DNA of 64,000 bases. Source: Azolla caroliniana (Eukaryota; Plantae; Polypodiophyta). Location of the stretch: contig JBHGNT010000003.1 of NCBI GenBank assembly GCA_043228905.1, positions 21,948,001-22,012,000 on the forward strand, written 5' to 3'. Shown piece after piece: positions 39,961 through 53,812 of the stretch (its first letter is position 1; each line of letters opens with the position of its first letter). Below the pieces are notes generated by a model. The model was not told where the DNA came from and did no database searches. It was given only the letters and a program-made list of their open reading frames with translations. The position numbers and the translations under genes were made by a program.

Positions 39961-40134
39961 GCTCACCTGCAAAAAACACAACAAACCTCTCTCAACCAAT
40001 CCAGTTCCGTTAACAGGCGTCAAAGACTTTCAGAGGGGGTTTTTTGTGTGCATGTTCACCAAATATAAGAAATTTATAATCTATGTACAAATATGTATGT
40101 ATGTATTTAGGCCTATATATTAAGGCAAAGATTC

Positions 40135-40214
40135 TTGGAACATTCTTTCTTTGGGCAATATCATTGGTCGAAATACCTTCGAGAATTCATCGATATCTTT
40201 TTAATGTCCATTGG

Positions 40215-40263
<49 letters not shown>

Positions 40264-40503
40264 GGTGTTCATGTGTTCTTATGTGCATTTCACAATATAT
40301 ATATATATATATATACATATAAAATTTGTCATTTTGGATCAAGGAAAGGGCTCGTAAAAATACCTATTGGTCGAAATGCCTCAAAGAAGTTCGTTGATAT
40401 TTTTTTAATGTAGACCTGTTTTTATGTTTATATTCTTTCTTTGGGCAATATCATTGGTCCACATAACTTATAGCATTTCATCGATATCTTTTTAATGTCC
40501 ATT

Positions 40504-40545
<42 letters not shown>

Positions 40546-40760
40546 TTTATGTTTAGAGATACATATACATTTTGTCATTTTGGATCAATGAAAGGGCTTG
40601 TAAAATACATATTGGTCAAAATACCTTAGAGAACTTCGTTGATATATTTTTAATGTAGACTTGTTTTTATGTATATGTGTACATATAGTTTCACTGAGGT
40701 TTAGAAATACATATAAAATTTGTCATTTTGGATCAACGAAAGGGCTCATAAAAATACCTA
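40135..40760. repeat. Tandem repeat of about 250-290 bp with embedded (TA)n
   Basis: ATTCTTTCTTTGGGCAATATCATTGGTC at about 40142 and about 40432. TTTGTCATTTTGGATCAA...AAAGGGCT occurs three times. Confidence 0.8.
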
Positions 40761-42110
40761 TAGCTTCAGTTCACATAGGTTGTTTTTCAACCGATCATAT
40801 AGCTATTAGTTGTGAGTCGTGACCTTCAATTATTTTTTAATATGGAATGCAACACCATTTGATTTACATGAATCCTTGAGAAAGCATGTTCATCTTTTGC
40901 AGATATTGTCAATATATCCATCATACTATGGGTAATATCTAAAGTCTACCTCACGATGTGAAATTAATCACCATATGCCCTAATAAAAAAGGTAGTTTAC
41001 CTTTAAAAACATAGTAACTATAATTACATGCATATCTACATAATGTGATATTTTCACTGTAATTTTCTTGAGCAATGCACATTCATTTTACACAATTGAT
41101 GCTCCCAAGTATTGCACATTTGTTTACATGATTACTATTGCTCATTAACAATTCATGAAAATAATTAGCAAGGTTGATTGTAAATATTCTCTTTTATTAT
41201 TTGGGGAGTTCATGAGGTCAAGATCGGGGATTATGAAGCAAATTCATCATGTACATATTTGACATCTCATTGTTGAATTTCATGTGTAAATTATTGTGTA
41301 TTTGCCTATAAACATTGATAGAGACAACATCCTTTGTATTGCATGGATTAATTCAATTGGTTGGTGTCCTAGCGTTATGAAATTTTGATTTATGCATATA
41401 GACATACATTGATATGGTCGTCCTCTTAACCTTTAGACTTTAGTTTTTTTAGCATGTAATCTTCATTGACAATATAGCAAAGTCATTGTATTCACACAAC
41501 ATGAAATTAATCCTCATCGATGACATAGTGAGCACGTGTAATAAAGTTTGGATTTGCTATATTCATGATGCACTTACATTGTTGAATACTTTAATTCATG
41601 TCTCATCTCTCTCGCTTTGTACCTCGTAGGCAAATTTATAAGAGGTTGTGCATAACATTAGGCTATGTATGTAATCCCTCATCGTTTCATGAATGTGCAT
41701 AAGTTGAATGATAAATATTAAAACAAGGAGTACAAAGGGCAAACACACGATAATGAAATACAAAGCATGAACCCGTAAGGGATTTTTGTATACCTCACAA
41801 ATAATAAATTATAATTTGTTGTTGAATGATTGGTTTGTTGGTTCACGCTACAATAGGCGGTTGTTTTACAATCTTCCTGGGCTATTCCCATTAATACATA
41901 AGGGTTTTTTCCATATCAACCGTCGTACTCACAATTTTCACACTTAGGAATCCATGTACATTAATCCACTATGTATTATTCTTACATGCAAACTTGACTA
42001 AATTGATTACTATTTTGATCAAGCGTGTTTTTTTTATCTTTCTTAATTATATGTTTTATCTTGGTTATTATGGCAATTAGAACCTTGACATTAATTAAAC
42101 AATATATGTA

Positions 42111-42178
<68 letters not shown>

Positions 42179-42361
42179 AGCAGAGGTTACGAAAGGAGAA
42201 TCAAAATTAGAAAAGGGGTTCTGCATGTCGTTGTGTGTCTGTCTATCTACCTCTCTCTTTCTCGTTCTCTCTCAAGAGACAGATTTCCTATGACAGAGTG
42301 TAAATAAAGACACTCAAAACGAAGAAATTGAGAGGGAGAAGGGGGGAGAGAGAGAGAGAGA

Positions 42362-45078
42362 GAAGAGCTTCGTAACGAGATATAGCAAGTTAAAATTGAT
42401 GGTCTGTGCGAGAAGTAGCAATTAAAACAAGGAATCTTGTGTTGTTGGCATCCACATACTCAACACACATTGCGGGTCTTCGATTGTATTCATCATCTTC
42501 GACCTCTTCAATCGGGTGAGTTCCGGTTGTCTTTCTTGTTTATGGAAAATTGTTTTTATCCCGGATCACTATCACATCGAGAATAATGGATATAAACATA
42601 AAATCCTCTCAATTTGTGGGGGACATCAATATGGAAACAATTGATCCAAAAAAGAGTAATGTGATGGTTGAATGTAATCGTGAAAGGGAAGACATTGGAA
42701 GCTCTAAGAGGTTTAAGGGCATTGAGGAAATTAATGAGAAAAAAACGACATGTGCCGAAATAATACATGTAGATGAGGTTGACAAGGATAATTGTAATTG
42801 GGATACTTTATGGGGAATTGCCAATACCTTATTGTCTAATATTGTGGAAGAAAATGAAAATGCAACAAAAGAATGCAATGATAAGGATGTGCATGATGTG
42901 GATGTTGGTGTTAAGGTATTGTTGCAATCTTTTGATATATTCTATGATCGTGCAATTATATTGTTTTTGCTAGGAAACCCCCATACATTAATTGGATTAA
43001 ACAATGGTTGAACACAATTGTGTCACCAAATTGTGTTGAAGATATATATGCAGGACCACAAGGGTTTTATGATGTAGTGTTCCGTTCACCGGAACATCGA
43101 AGTGCACTGTTGTCTAAAGTTCCAATGTTTTTTTATAACCGATTGGTGCATGTAATGCAATGGTCCCCTGTTGTGGACTATCATGCTTTGTTGAAACAAT
43201 AATTGCCCTTTTTGGGTAACAATAGATTGTAAGCATGTTTTTTTATGGCCACTTTTACTAGAGTTGATGAGTCAAATGGGTAAAGTGTTGGTATCTCCAC
43301 ATGCAAATGCTACAAATAAGTGCAGATTTTGTGTGTTATGAGATACAAGTCGTAAGAGGCCAGGATGGGTGCGTATGAACACACCTAGAATGAAAAGACT
43401 TTGTTTTAAATTGAAGTGGGAGACATTTGCAGGTCACTGTTTTGGATGTGGTGAATGGGGTCACTTTATGGCGGAATGCCATCGTAATTGTCCTTCAACT
43501 ATAGAGGTTCCTAATGAAGGGAATGGTAAGGAAGGAGTTGGGAGAGATGTTGGTGTGTCAGATATGGTGGTTGTTATGGATGAAGGAACATCATCTAAAG
43601 CAGGTTATAAAGAGGTTTCACTTCAAGGTTTGGGCCCTAAGAATAAAGGAACTCAATCTATGGATATGGAAAAACAAAATTTGGTAGTTATAGATAAGGG
43701 GAAAAAACTGTTGGATAGAACTAGTAATGATGTTGTTGTTGAAAAGGATTGGCATCAGGTTAAGGGCAAGTTGAAGGGCAAATCAATGAATATGCGACGT
43801 AATAGTTTGCCCACTACTCGTGAGACTACTTGGAAAAGTAATTCAGGAACTAGGGAGGGTCCTCGAAAAGTTCCTTGGCAAAGACAATTTAGGGATAAGG
43901 GATTACCCCTTCACCTTCAATTTGATTCATTGGGACGGGTTGTAAATTCATCGAATTCTTGAGGTTTTCGTCAAGCGGGAGAACCTAAACAAAAGAGTTC
44001 GACAGACAACTCTAAGGATGTGGTGCATGAAAATCCATATGCAGCATTGGGACATGCTTTGACTAGTTTCATGACATCGATTGCTCTAAAGGAGCGAGTG
44101 CACCCATAACATTTTTGACTGAATAAAAGTGGTAACATGGAATGTGAGAGGGGCATGTTCTCCTCATAAGAAGTATATATTATGGCAAACTTTATTAAGT
44201 AAAGAATGGGATATATTATGTGCAATTGAGCATAAGTGTCATGAGTTAGCAGGATGCACATTTCATTTGCGTGGATATTCATCATTCTATGCAGGACATC
44301 TTAATAATCATTATTCAGGTGTGGTATTAATCGTGCGGGATAAGTATTTCCTCAGGTGGTGCATAATGATCCTTATGGTAGGTTTTTGGTTCTAGAAATC
44401 ACTTTCTTTGGCGGGGTTGTGTGGGTGGTTGGGATTTATGCCCCTAACCAAGCCACTCAACGTATTGCATTATGGGGCTCACTCCGTCAAACCCTATGTG
44501 TGGGCCGTCCAGGATTACTTATGGGTGATTTTAACATGTGTGTTGATGCATCTCAATCTACGTCTGAACATTCAATCATGGATGATCCTAAGCAACTTGC
44601 TTGGGATTCATTGGCTATGGAGGTTTTGAAGTTGGATGTTTGGACATGGTTACATGGGAATGATCCATGGTTATTTGACACCTAAACAAAGGGTGTTTGC
44701 ACAATTTACATAGGTGGACCCAAAGTCAGAGATGGAGATTGTTTTTCTATTTTTGAGATATTGGGAATTGTGTCATAATTGGAATATGCGCAACGCTTTT
44801 GTATTCGATGGTAGACATGGAGTGAAAGCATATCTACGAAAGTTGAAGGGAGTACTAATGTGACAATTTTCTTTATTGGAGCAAGTGGAAATCATTTCCT
44901 TGGTGGAATGTTCGTCTTGCCTATTGACAATTCAACATGTTCCATTACCCATGTAGTGTAGTGTAGTTAGTGGGTGACCATACTTCATGGTCACACCCAT
45001 TGTAAGTAGTGTTTTTTACACATATTTATTAATATAATTGTGTGTTTTCACCAAAGAGAGAGAGAGAGAGAGAGAGAA
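42362..45078 (+). mobile_element. L1-type LINE: degenerate ORF1 and APE endonuclease, RT deleted, intact 3' end with (GA)n tail
   Basis: ORF1 fragments (GFYDVVFRSPEHR..., CCHC knuckle CFGCGEWGHFMAEC). ORF2 start VTWNVRG...GRFLVL...GIYAPN...LMGDFN...DVWTWLHG. At about 44670 it jumps straight to the 3' sequence shared with 15126-15500. The 5' boundary is approximate. Confidence 0.85.
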
Positions 45079-46604
45079 CATTCCACAACCGCATCTAGTG
45101 AATTAAGGGATATGTATGAAGTATATAATAGAGAGAGAGAGAGAGAGAGAGAGAGATGTATGTATGTATGTACTTTAGGGGGGAAAGCAAGCTTATTTTC
45201 TTACACATATGAGCATATATTGTTGTCGTTTTCCTAGAGTAGTATAGTTGCAATCACATATGGAAGGCATATGGAAGGGGTAAGGAAGAGAGAGATAAGC
45301 ATGGCGTTATTCTCCACAATAAATATGTAGTAATTCATTTTCAGAAGTAAGTCAAGTTCTTCTTTTGTAGTGTCATACTCATAATTATTTGTGGCTACTA
45401 AAGAAACCCATAATGCATGCATATATGCAGAAACAATCAATGAATGGCTATCACAACAAACACTAAATATAGAGATAAAAAATAAACATATACCCCACAA
45501 ATTTTTTAAGTATGTATATATAAACGATTCAAACTAGCATTACATTATAAAACATACGTTTGAGACTCATTGAAACTAAGTTTCATGAGCAACACTAACC
45601 CATAAGTTAATACAAAATAAAAGTAGCGACCTTCGTTGGCATATTTCCCCAACACGCCATACCGTCCCATTCTCCCACTCAAGTTATTTTACAAATAGAC
45701 CCTTAGCTTTGTCGCTCAAATTGGTTGCCACCCAAATAAGCAACATGTACATTATTGTGGCCATCAACTACTCCACATAGTAAGTGGAAGTAAAGGCCCA
45801 TTGGGATCATACACATGCATTCACAACCCATTTTCCGCAAGAAAGCCTTTATCACTTTGTCAAGTTAGTCCATGATCAAAGGCGACATTTCATCAACCAA
45901 GTCATTTATGCCTTAACAATGTGATCACAAACTAAATAGGCTTCACAAGTAAACTCCATGAAATGACAAAGTAAGACCCGCTCCAAAGCAAACAAAAAAA
46001 TCACAAATGGATGAGTGGAACTCTAACCATATACCTGCTCATGATAGCCTACATTATTTAGCATTAGGCCACGAGCGCAACCAAATTTATCATTCTCATA
46101 GCAATGATCCACTAAGTCATTGTAATTGTGCCGCTTGTAGCTATGCACAAAGCTCACTATGTGCATGACAACATGGTGGCCATTCAAGGGCCTATAAAAA
46201 GAGTATACAAACAACCTAGTTGTTTGAAGGGAGAGCATGGAAATCCCATGAAGTAATATTGTGTTGGTTATCCAATATCCTTTGAACATGAAGTTCTTGG
46301 ACTGTCGAAGTCTCTTTGTAGCATAATGTAGGGTCCTTACTTGTCCTTTCATGTCTCATTGTGTTAACCAAGCTATTATTCTCAAACTTTATTGGATCTC
46401 ATGTCTTTTGTCTAAAATCTCAATTCTTCATCAGTAGCACACAATCCTTTGTGCAATCCACCACAAAGACATTTGGAAAACCCGATATCAAGAAAGTGAA
46501 AGAGATGGCAAATTCAATCATAAAAAGGTATTGTACTAGACATATTCCCAACAATTATCCCATCCAACTAAGATAATTGGATATCTTACCCTACCATAAT
46601 CCAT

Positions 46605-47045
46605 TAACAATTGGCAACAATTCAGTTGAGTTTGAGAGTGTCAAAACCAAACCATTTAAAAAATTTGAAACTTGAATAGAACCAAACCATGAAACCATTT
46701 GAATCGAAACCGTTAAACCATTAATCCATTAAAACCACAATTTCATGGTTTGGTTTTGGTTTTTAACTTAGGTCAAAATTCAATTTTAAAAATTTAAAAG
46801 ATTTAATTATTTTAAATTTTTATTTTTCAAAATTTCCAAAATTCCCCTAAAATGTGAGAATTAAGCTTAAAGATGAAAATTTTGTTTTAAAAACAAATTA
46901 TTATTATTTTAGCAAATATTTAAAATATAAAAAAAACCACTAAACCGTGGGTTCTAACCATTTAAACCAATATGTTTAAACTTTAAACCATTAAGCCATG
47001 GTTTCGTATTCTATTTGGTTTAAATCGAACCATTGCCGATTGTTA
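46605..47045. mobile_element. MITE-like element with short TIRs and AAACC/GGTTT-rich arms
   Basis: TAACAATTGGCAA ... TTGCCGATTGTTA termini with an internal AT-rich core and many AAACCA/TGGTTT motifs. The TSD is not clean. Confidence 0.5.
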
Positions 47046-47944
47046 CCTACCATATTAAAAGTAGCCATAGAATTGGTTCGCAAGGTTATGCCTATAATAG
47101 TGGGTGTGTCATGCCTTGATTTAGCACGATACATACTTGTTCTTTGAGCTATGTGGTGGATGATGCTCTCTCCTTAGTGAATGTTTTGTGTTATATGCAT
47201 TGGTGTTTATCGTGATGGCGATTGGTATGAAGTTCATAGCTTTAATTGACACAAAGACTAGTGTCATGACCACCTCATGTGAGCATTGGTTGCGCATGGG
47301 TTTTAAGAATGTGATTATTGGCTTTGGCCCTTGATTCCATCGTATGCATAATGGATTTTGAAACTAGAACAACTAATATTGAGGCTCGAGTAAATCCTAC
47401 AAGAACCTTGGCGAACTCGTGCGCCCTCAAACAATATTGGCACGAGCCAAGCAAGTGCATGATAGTACCAAGCACGCAATTGATATACTTTCCAATCAAG
47501 AGGTATTATAGATCTAAGTACTAAAGTAAGCTTAAGATAAGGATAAAGTAATAATAGATAGAAAGGAGAAAGAGAAAGAAGGGTGCCGATCCACCCGACC
47601 ACCCCCGAGCGAAGGGATCGAGACGGACTCGAGCCTCGATCGGCGTCCCATACCACCGTCGTGGCGTCGAGTCGTACCTGGTGCTGGCGCGCTCGCTACA
47701 AGAGTTGACCCACCACACGAGCAGAGTCTCGATGTAGTCAAAAGATCATCAAATGAGGGTAGCTAGGCCTCTTATTTATAGCGATACCCAAGGCCCCCAG
47801 GCAAGTTCACACTTGACCTAATGGGTTGTCTCAATCCCGAGGATTAAAAGTAATCCTCCCCTTCTTTACACTCTCATTTAACCCTCACACTTATCCGCGT
47901 GTATAGAATACTACGGTAAATTCTCACCACGGGATATTAAATGG

Positions 47945-50900
47945 TCATGCCCGTAACATACTCCCCCTCTTTAAAACATTGCACTCTTGCAATGGAAAGT
48001 TAGGGAAGTTAGTTCTAAGAGTATTTTCGCGTTCCCATGTGGCATCTTTTATTGATTTATCCATCCATTTTATTTTAAATTCTCGGATTTCTTTAGTACG
48101 TAATTTTTTTGTTTTAACATCGAGAATTCTTTCTGGTACATGTGGTTTAGAAGATAATTCTTGAGAAGTAACTAGAGTTTCAGTCGTAATTGTATTGTCG
48201 CCAGAACCTAGAAGTTCTTTTAGACGACTCACATGAAAGACTGGATGAATTCCGACACCATTAGGAAGAGCGAGACGATAGGCTGATGACCCAATGCGTT
48301 TGAGGACTATAAAAGGTCCACAAAACCGTGGGGCTAACTTAGCGCACTTACCCGTAGACAATGTCTTAGAATTGTGAGGTACACGTAAAAATACCTTCTA
48401 TCCAGGGTTGAATACACGAGGTTGCCTATGATGATCGGCATAAAAACGCGCTCTATCTTGAGCTGTTTTTATATTATCTCGTGCAATATGCAACATATCT
48501 TGCATATCCCGAAGAAAGTTTTGCGTACTTCGCAACTCATCATGATGTATATTAACATCAATCGGAGCTCGTGGCTGAAAACCATACATCAACATAAAAG
48601 GACTATATCCCGTCGACGTATGCTTGGAGCTGTTATAAGCAAACTCCAAAATTGGGAGATAGCGTTCCCATTTTGTTGGTTTTGCACCAACGTATGCTCG
48701 AAGCATGTCCTCAATAATTTGATTTACTCGTTCTGTCTGTCCATCGGATTGAGGATGATGCGTGGAGCTCATGCTCAACGTAGTTTCTAACTTCTTAAAG
48801 ACTTGTGTCCAGAAGTCACTAGTAAACTTTGGATCTCGATCACTCACGATATCCATCGGTAACCCATAAAAACGAAACAATTCGTCAACGAATTGGTAAG
48901 CCAATTCAGGAGCTGTTACCGTGGTTTTGGTAGCAATAAATCTGGCCATTTTAGTTAGTCGATCAACGACAACCTAGATGACATCATGACCTTTTTGGGT
49001 GCGAGGAAGGCTAACAATAAAATCCATGGATATACTTTCCCACTTATTATTGGGAATGTCCAAGGGATGTAAAAGTCCTGCGACTTTAAGTCGCTCGGCT
49101 TTGTTAACCTGACACTGGTGACATTTAGTCACATAACTATGTATGTCAGGACGCATCTTAGGCCAATAAAATTGAGTGGAGATGAGAACGAGTGTACGAT
49201 GTATTCCAGGGTGCCCTGCTGAGGGTGCATCATGGCATTAAAAAAGAATCCTCTTTTTGACCTTGGGTAAATCTGGAACACAAACCTTCCCATTACGGTA
49301 GAGCAAACCGTTAGCAATGTGGAAGTATTCCTTTGAGGATGTGGTGGTGTCTGTTCCAGACTCAACTCTTGCCCAATATTTTGCGAAATAACTGTCATCA
49401 GGATACTTTCCTCGAAGGTGATCATAAAGATCTGATGATATTTCAGTGAAGCTAAGCGTGTTAACTTCACGGATGCGACTTAGTGCATCAACGACAGTGT
49501 TCATGGAACCTTTACGATATCGTATGGAAAAATCAAAGTCCTGGATGAGATCAGCCCATCGTGCCTTACGACCTTTCAGGTCTTGTTGGTCACAGAAATA
49601 TTTCAAGGACTCGTGGTCCGTAGTTACCACAAAGTGATTTCCATAAAGATAATGGCGCCATGTTTTGAGCGCATGTATAACTGCAAATAATTCCTTTTCT
49701 TGAACGGTATACCGACATTGAGCAGAATCAAGTTTCTTACTCTCGAACGCTATTGGTTTACCATCTTGATATAAGACAACACCTATAGCATAATCGCTCG
49801 CATCGGTTTCAACCTCAAAAGGTTTTGAAGGATCAGGTAAAAGAAGTGAAGGAGCCTTGCAAACCAGGTCCTTGAGTTCCTTAAAGGCAAGGTCTAGTGT
49901 AGCATTCCACACAATAGGTTTTGTAGACTTACGCGTTTGACCTTTTAAAAGATCAGTAAACGACGTCGTCAATTGGGAGTAATTACGAAGAGACTTTCGC
50001 AAAAACCCGACAAAACCAAGGAATGATCGAACTTCTCGAATATTCCGAAGAGTGGGCCAAAGCTTGATTTTCTCAATGCGAGAAGGATCAATTTCAACTC
50101 GTTCGGTTATGAGATGTCCTAGATAAGTAATTGATTTCTTGAAGAACTCACATTTTGAGATATTCGCATAAAACTATTTGTCATGCAATGTTTGTAAAAC
50201 AAAGCGGACATGTCTAGCATGTTCTTGTAATGTACGGCTATAAACTAAAATATCATCCAAGAAAATAACGACAAATTTTCCAAGTTGTTCTCGGAAAATG
50301 TCATTCATTTCTTGTTGAAAAGTAGCCGGAGCATTGGTCAAACCAAAAGGCATAACCAAAAACTCGTAATGGCCATAGCGCGTACGAAATGCCGTTTTAG
50401 GAACATCGTCCTCACTTATTCGTATTTGATGGTAGCCAGTACGGAGATCAAGTTTCGTAAAATACTGAGCTCCCTGGAGACGGTCAATTAGATCGTCAGC
50501 CCGGGGCAATGGATACGAATTCTTGATCGTCACTTTATTCAAGCGTCGGTAATTAATACACATACGCCATGTGCCCTCTTTCTTTTTAACCAAGAGAACG
50601 GGTGCACCCCATGGAGATTTACTATAACGTATATAACCCATTCGTAAATAGTCCTTGAGTTGCTTAGATACCTCATCTTCTTTGGATTGACTTAAGCGAT
50701 ACGGAGGTATACTTATTGGTGCAACACCAGGTACAATATCTATACGATGGTCTATATTACGTTTAGGAGGTAACCCATCAGGTAGTTCACTTGGAAAAAC
50801 ATCATGAAAATCATTTAAGATTTCATCAAGTTGTTGTTGTTCAAAATATGATAATTGAACCGGGACATTATCGATATTGTAAACGTGAATGTCCGGATCA

Positions 50901-52375
50901 AGTACACAATAAAATAACGTAGAACAAGACAACTCAGATATTGATGGACACGAGGAAACAATCAAGAGGGATTGTTTTTTTACACATTGAATAAAATGCG
51001 TACAATCGTTCAGTACAAAAGAAATGGAATCACGAACCCAATCAATAAATAAAGAAGAGTTTTTATTATAAAACCAGGAATAACCCAATATTACATCGGT
51101 GGTACAAAGATTCATTACATGGAAGTCTACTTCCTCTATATAAGTATCAATAGAAATTCCTAATGAATGAATCGCCCCGTTGATGTATTGTACTCTTCCA
51201 TCAGCCAAGTGCACCGTGTAGGTGTGATCACTTACGGTGGGTTGGATTCCCCATATCTGAACCAAACGATCATTCACAAAATTGTGTGAGCTTCCCGAAT
51301 CAAATAAAAATTGTACGGGAGATCCATTGATATACCCGTTTGCACGTAGTAAATCATTGGGACCCAATACATAGTGAGGGAAAGAACATTGACAATTACT
51401 TAAATGATGTGTATAGACTTGAAGGACATTAGGAATCTGACCTTTATGGTCTGCAGCTTTAGCTTTGTTGTCGTGCTCTTTCCGTTGGAGCTTTCGACAT
51501 TGATCTTTTGTATGACCCTTCTTTTTGCAAAATACACAAAAAGGATGTTGTCGCTTACAATCGCGATCCATGAATTCGTTGGGTGTCTTGCGTTTCCCAA
51601 CAAATTGCGACTGCTTAGTCCCGGGCGCTTCGTTGGGTTTGTTATGGTCCTTCTTCGAAGTGCGTTGATAGCGAAGAACTATTTCAACGGCCTCTTCGAA
51701 GGATTTTGGATACTTATCGTGCACTATCCAGTGATAGTTCGAATTGGGGATGCCATTGACAAAACAAGCTATCAACCAATTGTCCCCTTCTAGACCCGAT
51801 TTTTGGATTTGGGTTCTAGCATGGTGAACATAGTCTTCTAGCGAGGAAAATTTCCTGCTAGAGAGGTTCATTAAAGCTTGTGCTGCCTCGGTTCGAGAGG
51901 GAGGTTGCAGAAATTGGCCCTTAAAAACTGTGACAAAATCTGTCCAGGTATCGGGCAATTTCCCCATAGTACGGAGGCCACGCCACCAGGCGGCGGCCTT
52001 ACCCCCGAGTTCTCGGCCGACATATGCAATCTTCGTACTATCTGGCGTGGGATAGAGCTCAAAATGAGACTCCCATCGTCCCAGCCATGTGCAGATTGCT
52101 TCTTCGGTTCTTTCCTTTTTGTCTCCGGTAAATGGCTTAACGACAAATGATGGTTCACCTTGTCGCTCATCAGGTCTATTAGTCTCACGTTGTAGACTAA
52201 TGACACGTGCCTCAAGAGCACTCTGAGATTGCCGAAGTTCGGTCATCTGTTGAGCGATGAAACTAAGGTATTGGGTTATTTGTGCCAAATACATCTCAGT
52301 GGACATTTGTCCAGGAGGATTCCCTTGAGTTCCTTCCGCTTGAGTGGATGACATGGGGTCGTTAATTTGAGCCAT
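47945..52375 (-). pseudogene. Single-frame gag-pol polyprotein (gag, CCHC, PR, RT, RNase H, IN, chromodomain) with four nonsense codons
   Basis: ORF pieces 52375-50174, 50002-49238, 49156-48974, 48949-48398, 48361-47945 are all in one frame. Motifs: [66 protein letters not shown]...FKIKWM...ATWE. Confidence 0.95.
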
Positions 52376-52807
52376 TAAAGATTATTTCTGGAAAAGAAAT
52401 AGGACAAGGTCAGAAATATAGTCATAACATCATGTCGTGATGTAAACATATCATGGGCGAGCATTAATCGATATCATTATCTCACGTCAATACCCCTCTA
52501 GACGTATGAGATGAGATTCAAGATCAGGTTACTATGGTAACACAAAGGTGTTTTAAAAACCATGGGGGTGACAAATAAATGTCTTTCCCTGATCTCTATA
52601 TCGATTTTTTTATGGTGGCTCCCCGAGGCTCAACCATGTATGTTCGCGTCATGAATTGTTTATACACGAAAAAAATGTTAATAATAAACTATGTTTCGGT
52701 GCCCCCATATGTGGTTTCAGCTCTTTAAGTCCTATTACGAGGACCCCGAGGTGCACTTAGACCTTAAGTCTAAACATGTGTTATAGTCATATGTATCAAG
52801 GATGTTG

Positions 52808-52880
52808 TATGGTCTTGGTCATATTTGAACTCAAGACCTCGAGAACAAATACATTAAACACTTGAGCCAACCAAGTAAGT
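52808..52880 (-). other. Degenerate tRNA-derived (SINE-like) head inside the chromovirus leader
   Basis: Minus strand has A-box-like TGGCTCAAGTG and B-box-like GAGTTCAAAT about 25 nt apart. Confidence 0.4.
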
Positions 52881-53547
52881 TGCTCTTCTCGAATGCTTAA
52901 TATTTGATGCGTATAAGAGATATGCGAGATCATATATGTTTTTTTTCAAAGAACATATATGTCAAGGGTCCTTATTTCGCCCTCATTTACCAAAACTATG
53001 TTGGTACGTTACCTATCCTCAAGTCTCGTAATTACGATGGCATACGCCAAAGTGCAACCTAATGGTGAAGCCAAATGAGCCCTTGTTTCGTAGTAGGCTC
53101 ACGTGGGCCATCACATGGTCACGTCATTACGAATGCCTCTCGTAAGAACGAGCTCATGGTGGCATCGTATCCATTTAACGAGGGAGGGATGTTGGATACG
53201 TGCGTCATTGGAGCGACCGCACTTGAAGTGGGTCAAGCCCTACGTACTCAACATCATTATGGCTATTGGCGTTTCTTTACGTAACGAAATCGAGGTCATC
53301 AACGGGGTTATCAACAATAAAAAATTGTTGAAAAAGGGATGGTGACAACGCCATTCTCACAAAAATGTGAGGACGGCCACCAACATCCTTTTCCCGACCA
53401 TGACAACTTTCGACATAATCACGTAATAACGAATATACACATATGTTTACTTTTCACATATATACGATCAAATACGTATATATGTGACCACATATGCCAA
53501 TATTAAACATATCATTATATTAAATAGCCACAAATGATGTGATCGAG

Positions 53548-53812
53548 ATACGTAATCGAGGTATATACCTCTACGCACACGAAATATCCACAAATAAGAG
53601 ATCATCGTAATACGCAATTGAGGTATTGACCTCTTACGCATACGAGACCAACCGCATATCGTTTACAACAAATCAAGGTATTAAAATCATACGCAAACGT
53701 AACATATGTTCGTGAAAGTAATACGTAATTGAGGTATTAACCTCGTACGCATACGACACTCATCACATATTATTAATATGTCAAACGAGGTATTGACCTC
53801 GTGCACATATGT
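53548..53812. repeat. Five ~36-bp palindromic repeats separated by variable spacers in the retrotransposon leader
   Basis: Cores GAGGT-N4-ACCTC (one degenerate) start at 53558, 53620, 53675, 53731 and 53787. Confidence 0.8.

Noticed and set aside
45500-47500. Degraded coding-like DNA around the MITE, apparently continuing after 54478
   Set aside because: Likely an older TE hosting the chromovirus, but no motif could be assigned with confidence.
47521-47741. Recurrent short ORFs (MWWVNSCS..., MVWDADRG...) also at 16.4 kb and 54.0 kb
   Set aside because: They recur only because they lie in copies of the same LTR.
53548-53812. Calling the hairpin array a true CRISPR
   Set aside because: Eukaryotic retrotransposon context, degenerate repeats and no cas genes. 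Kept only as a structural finding.
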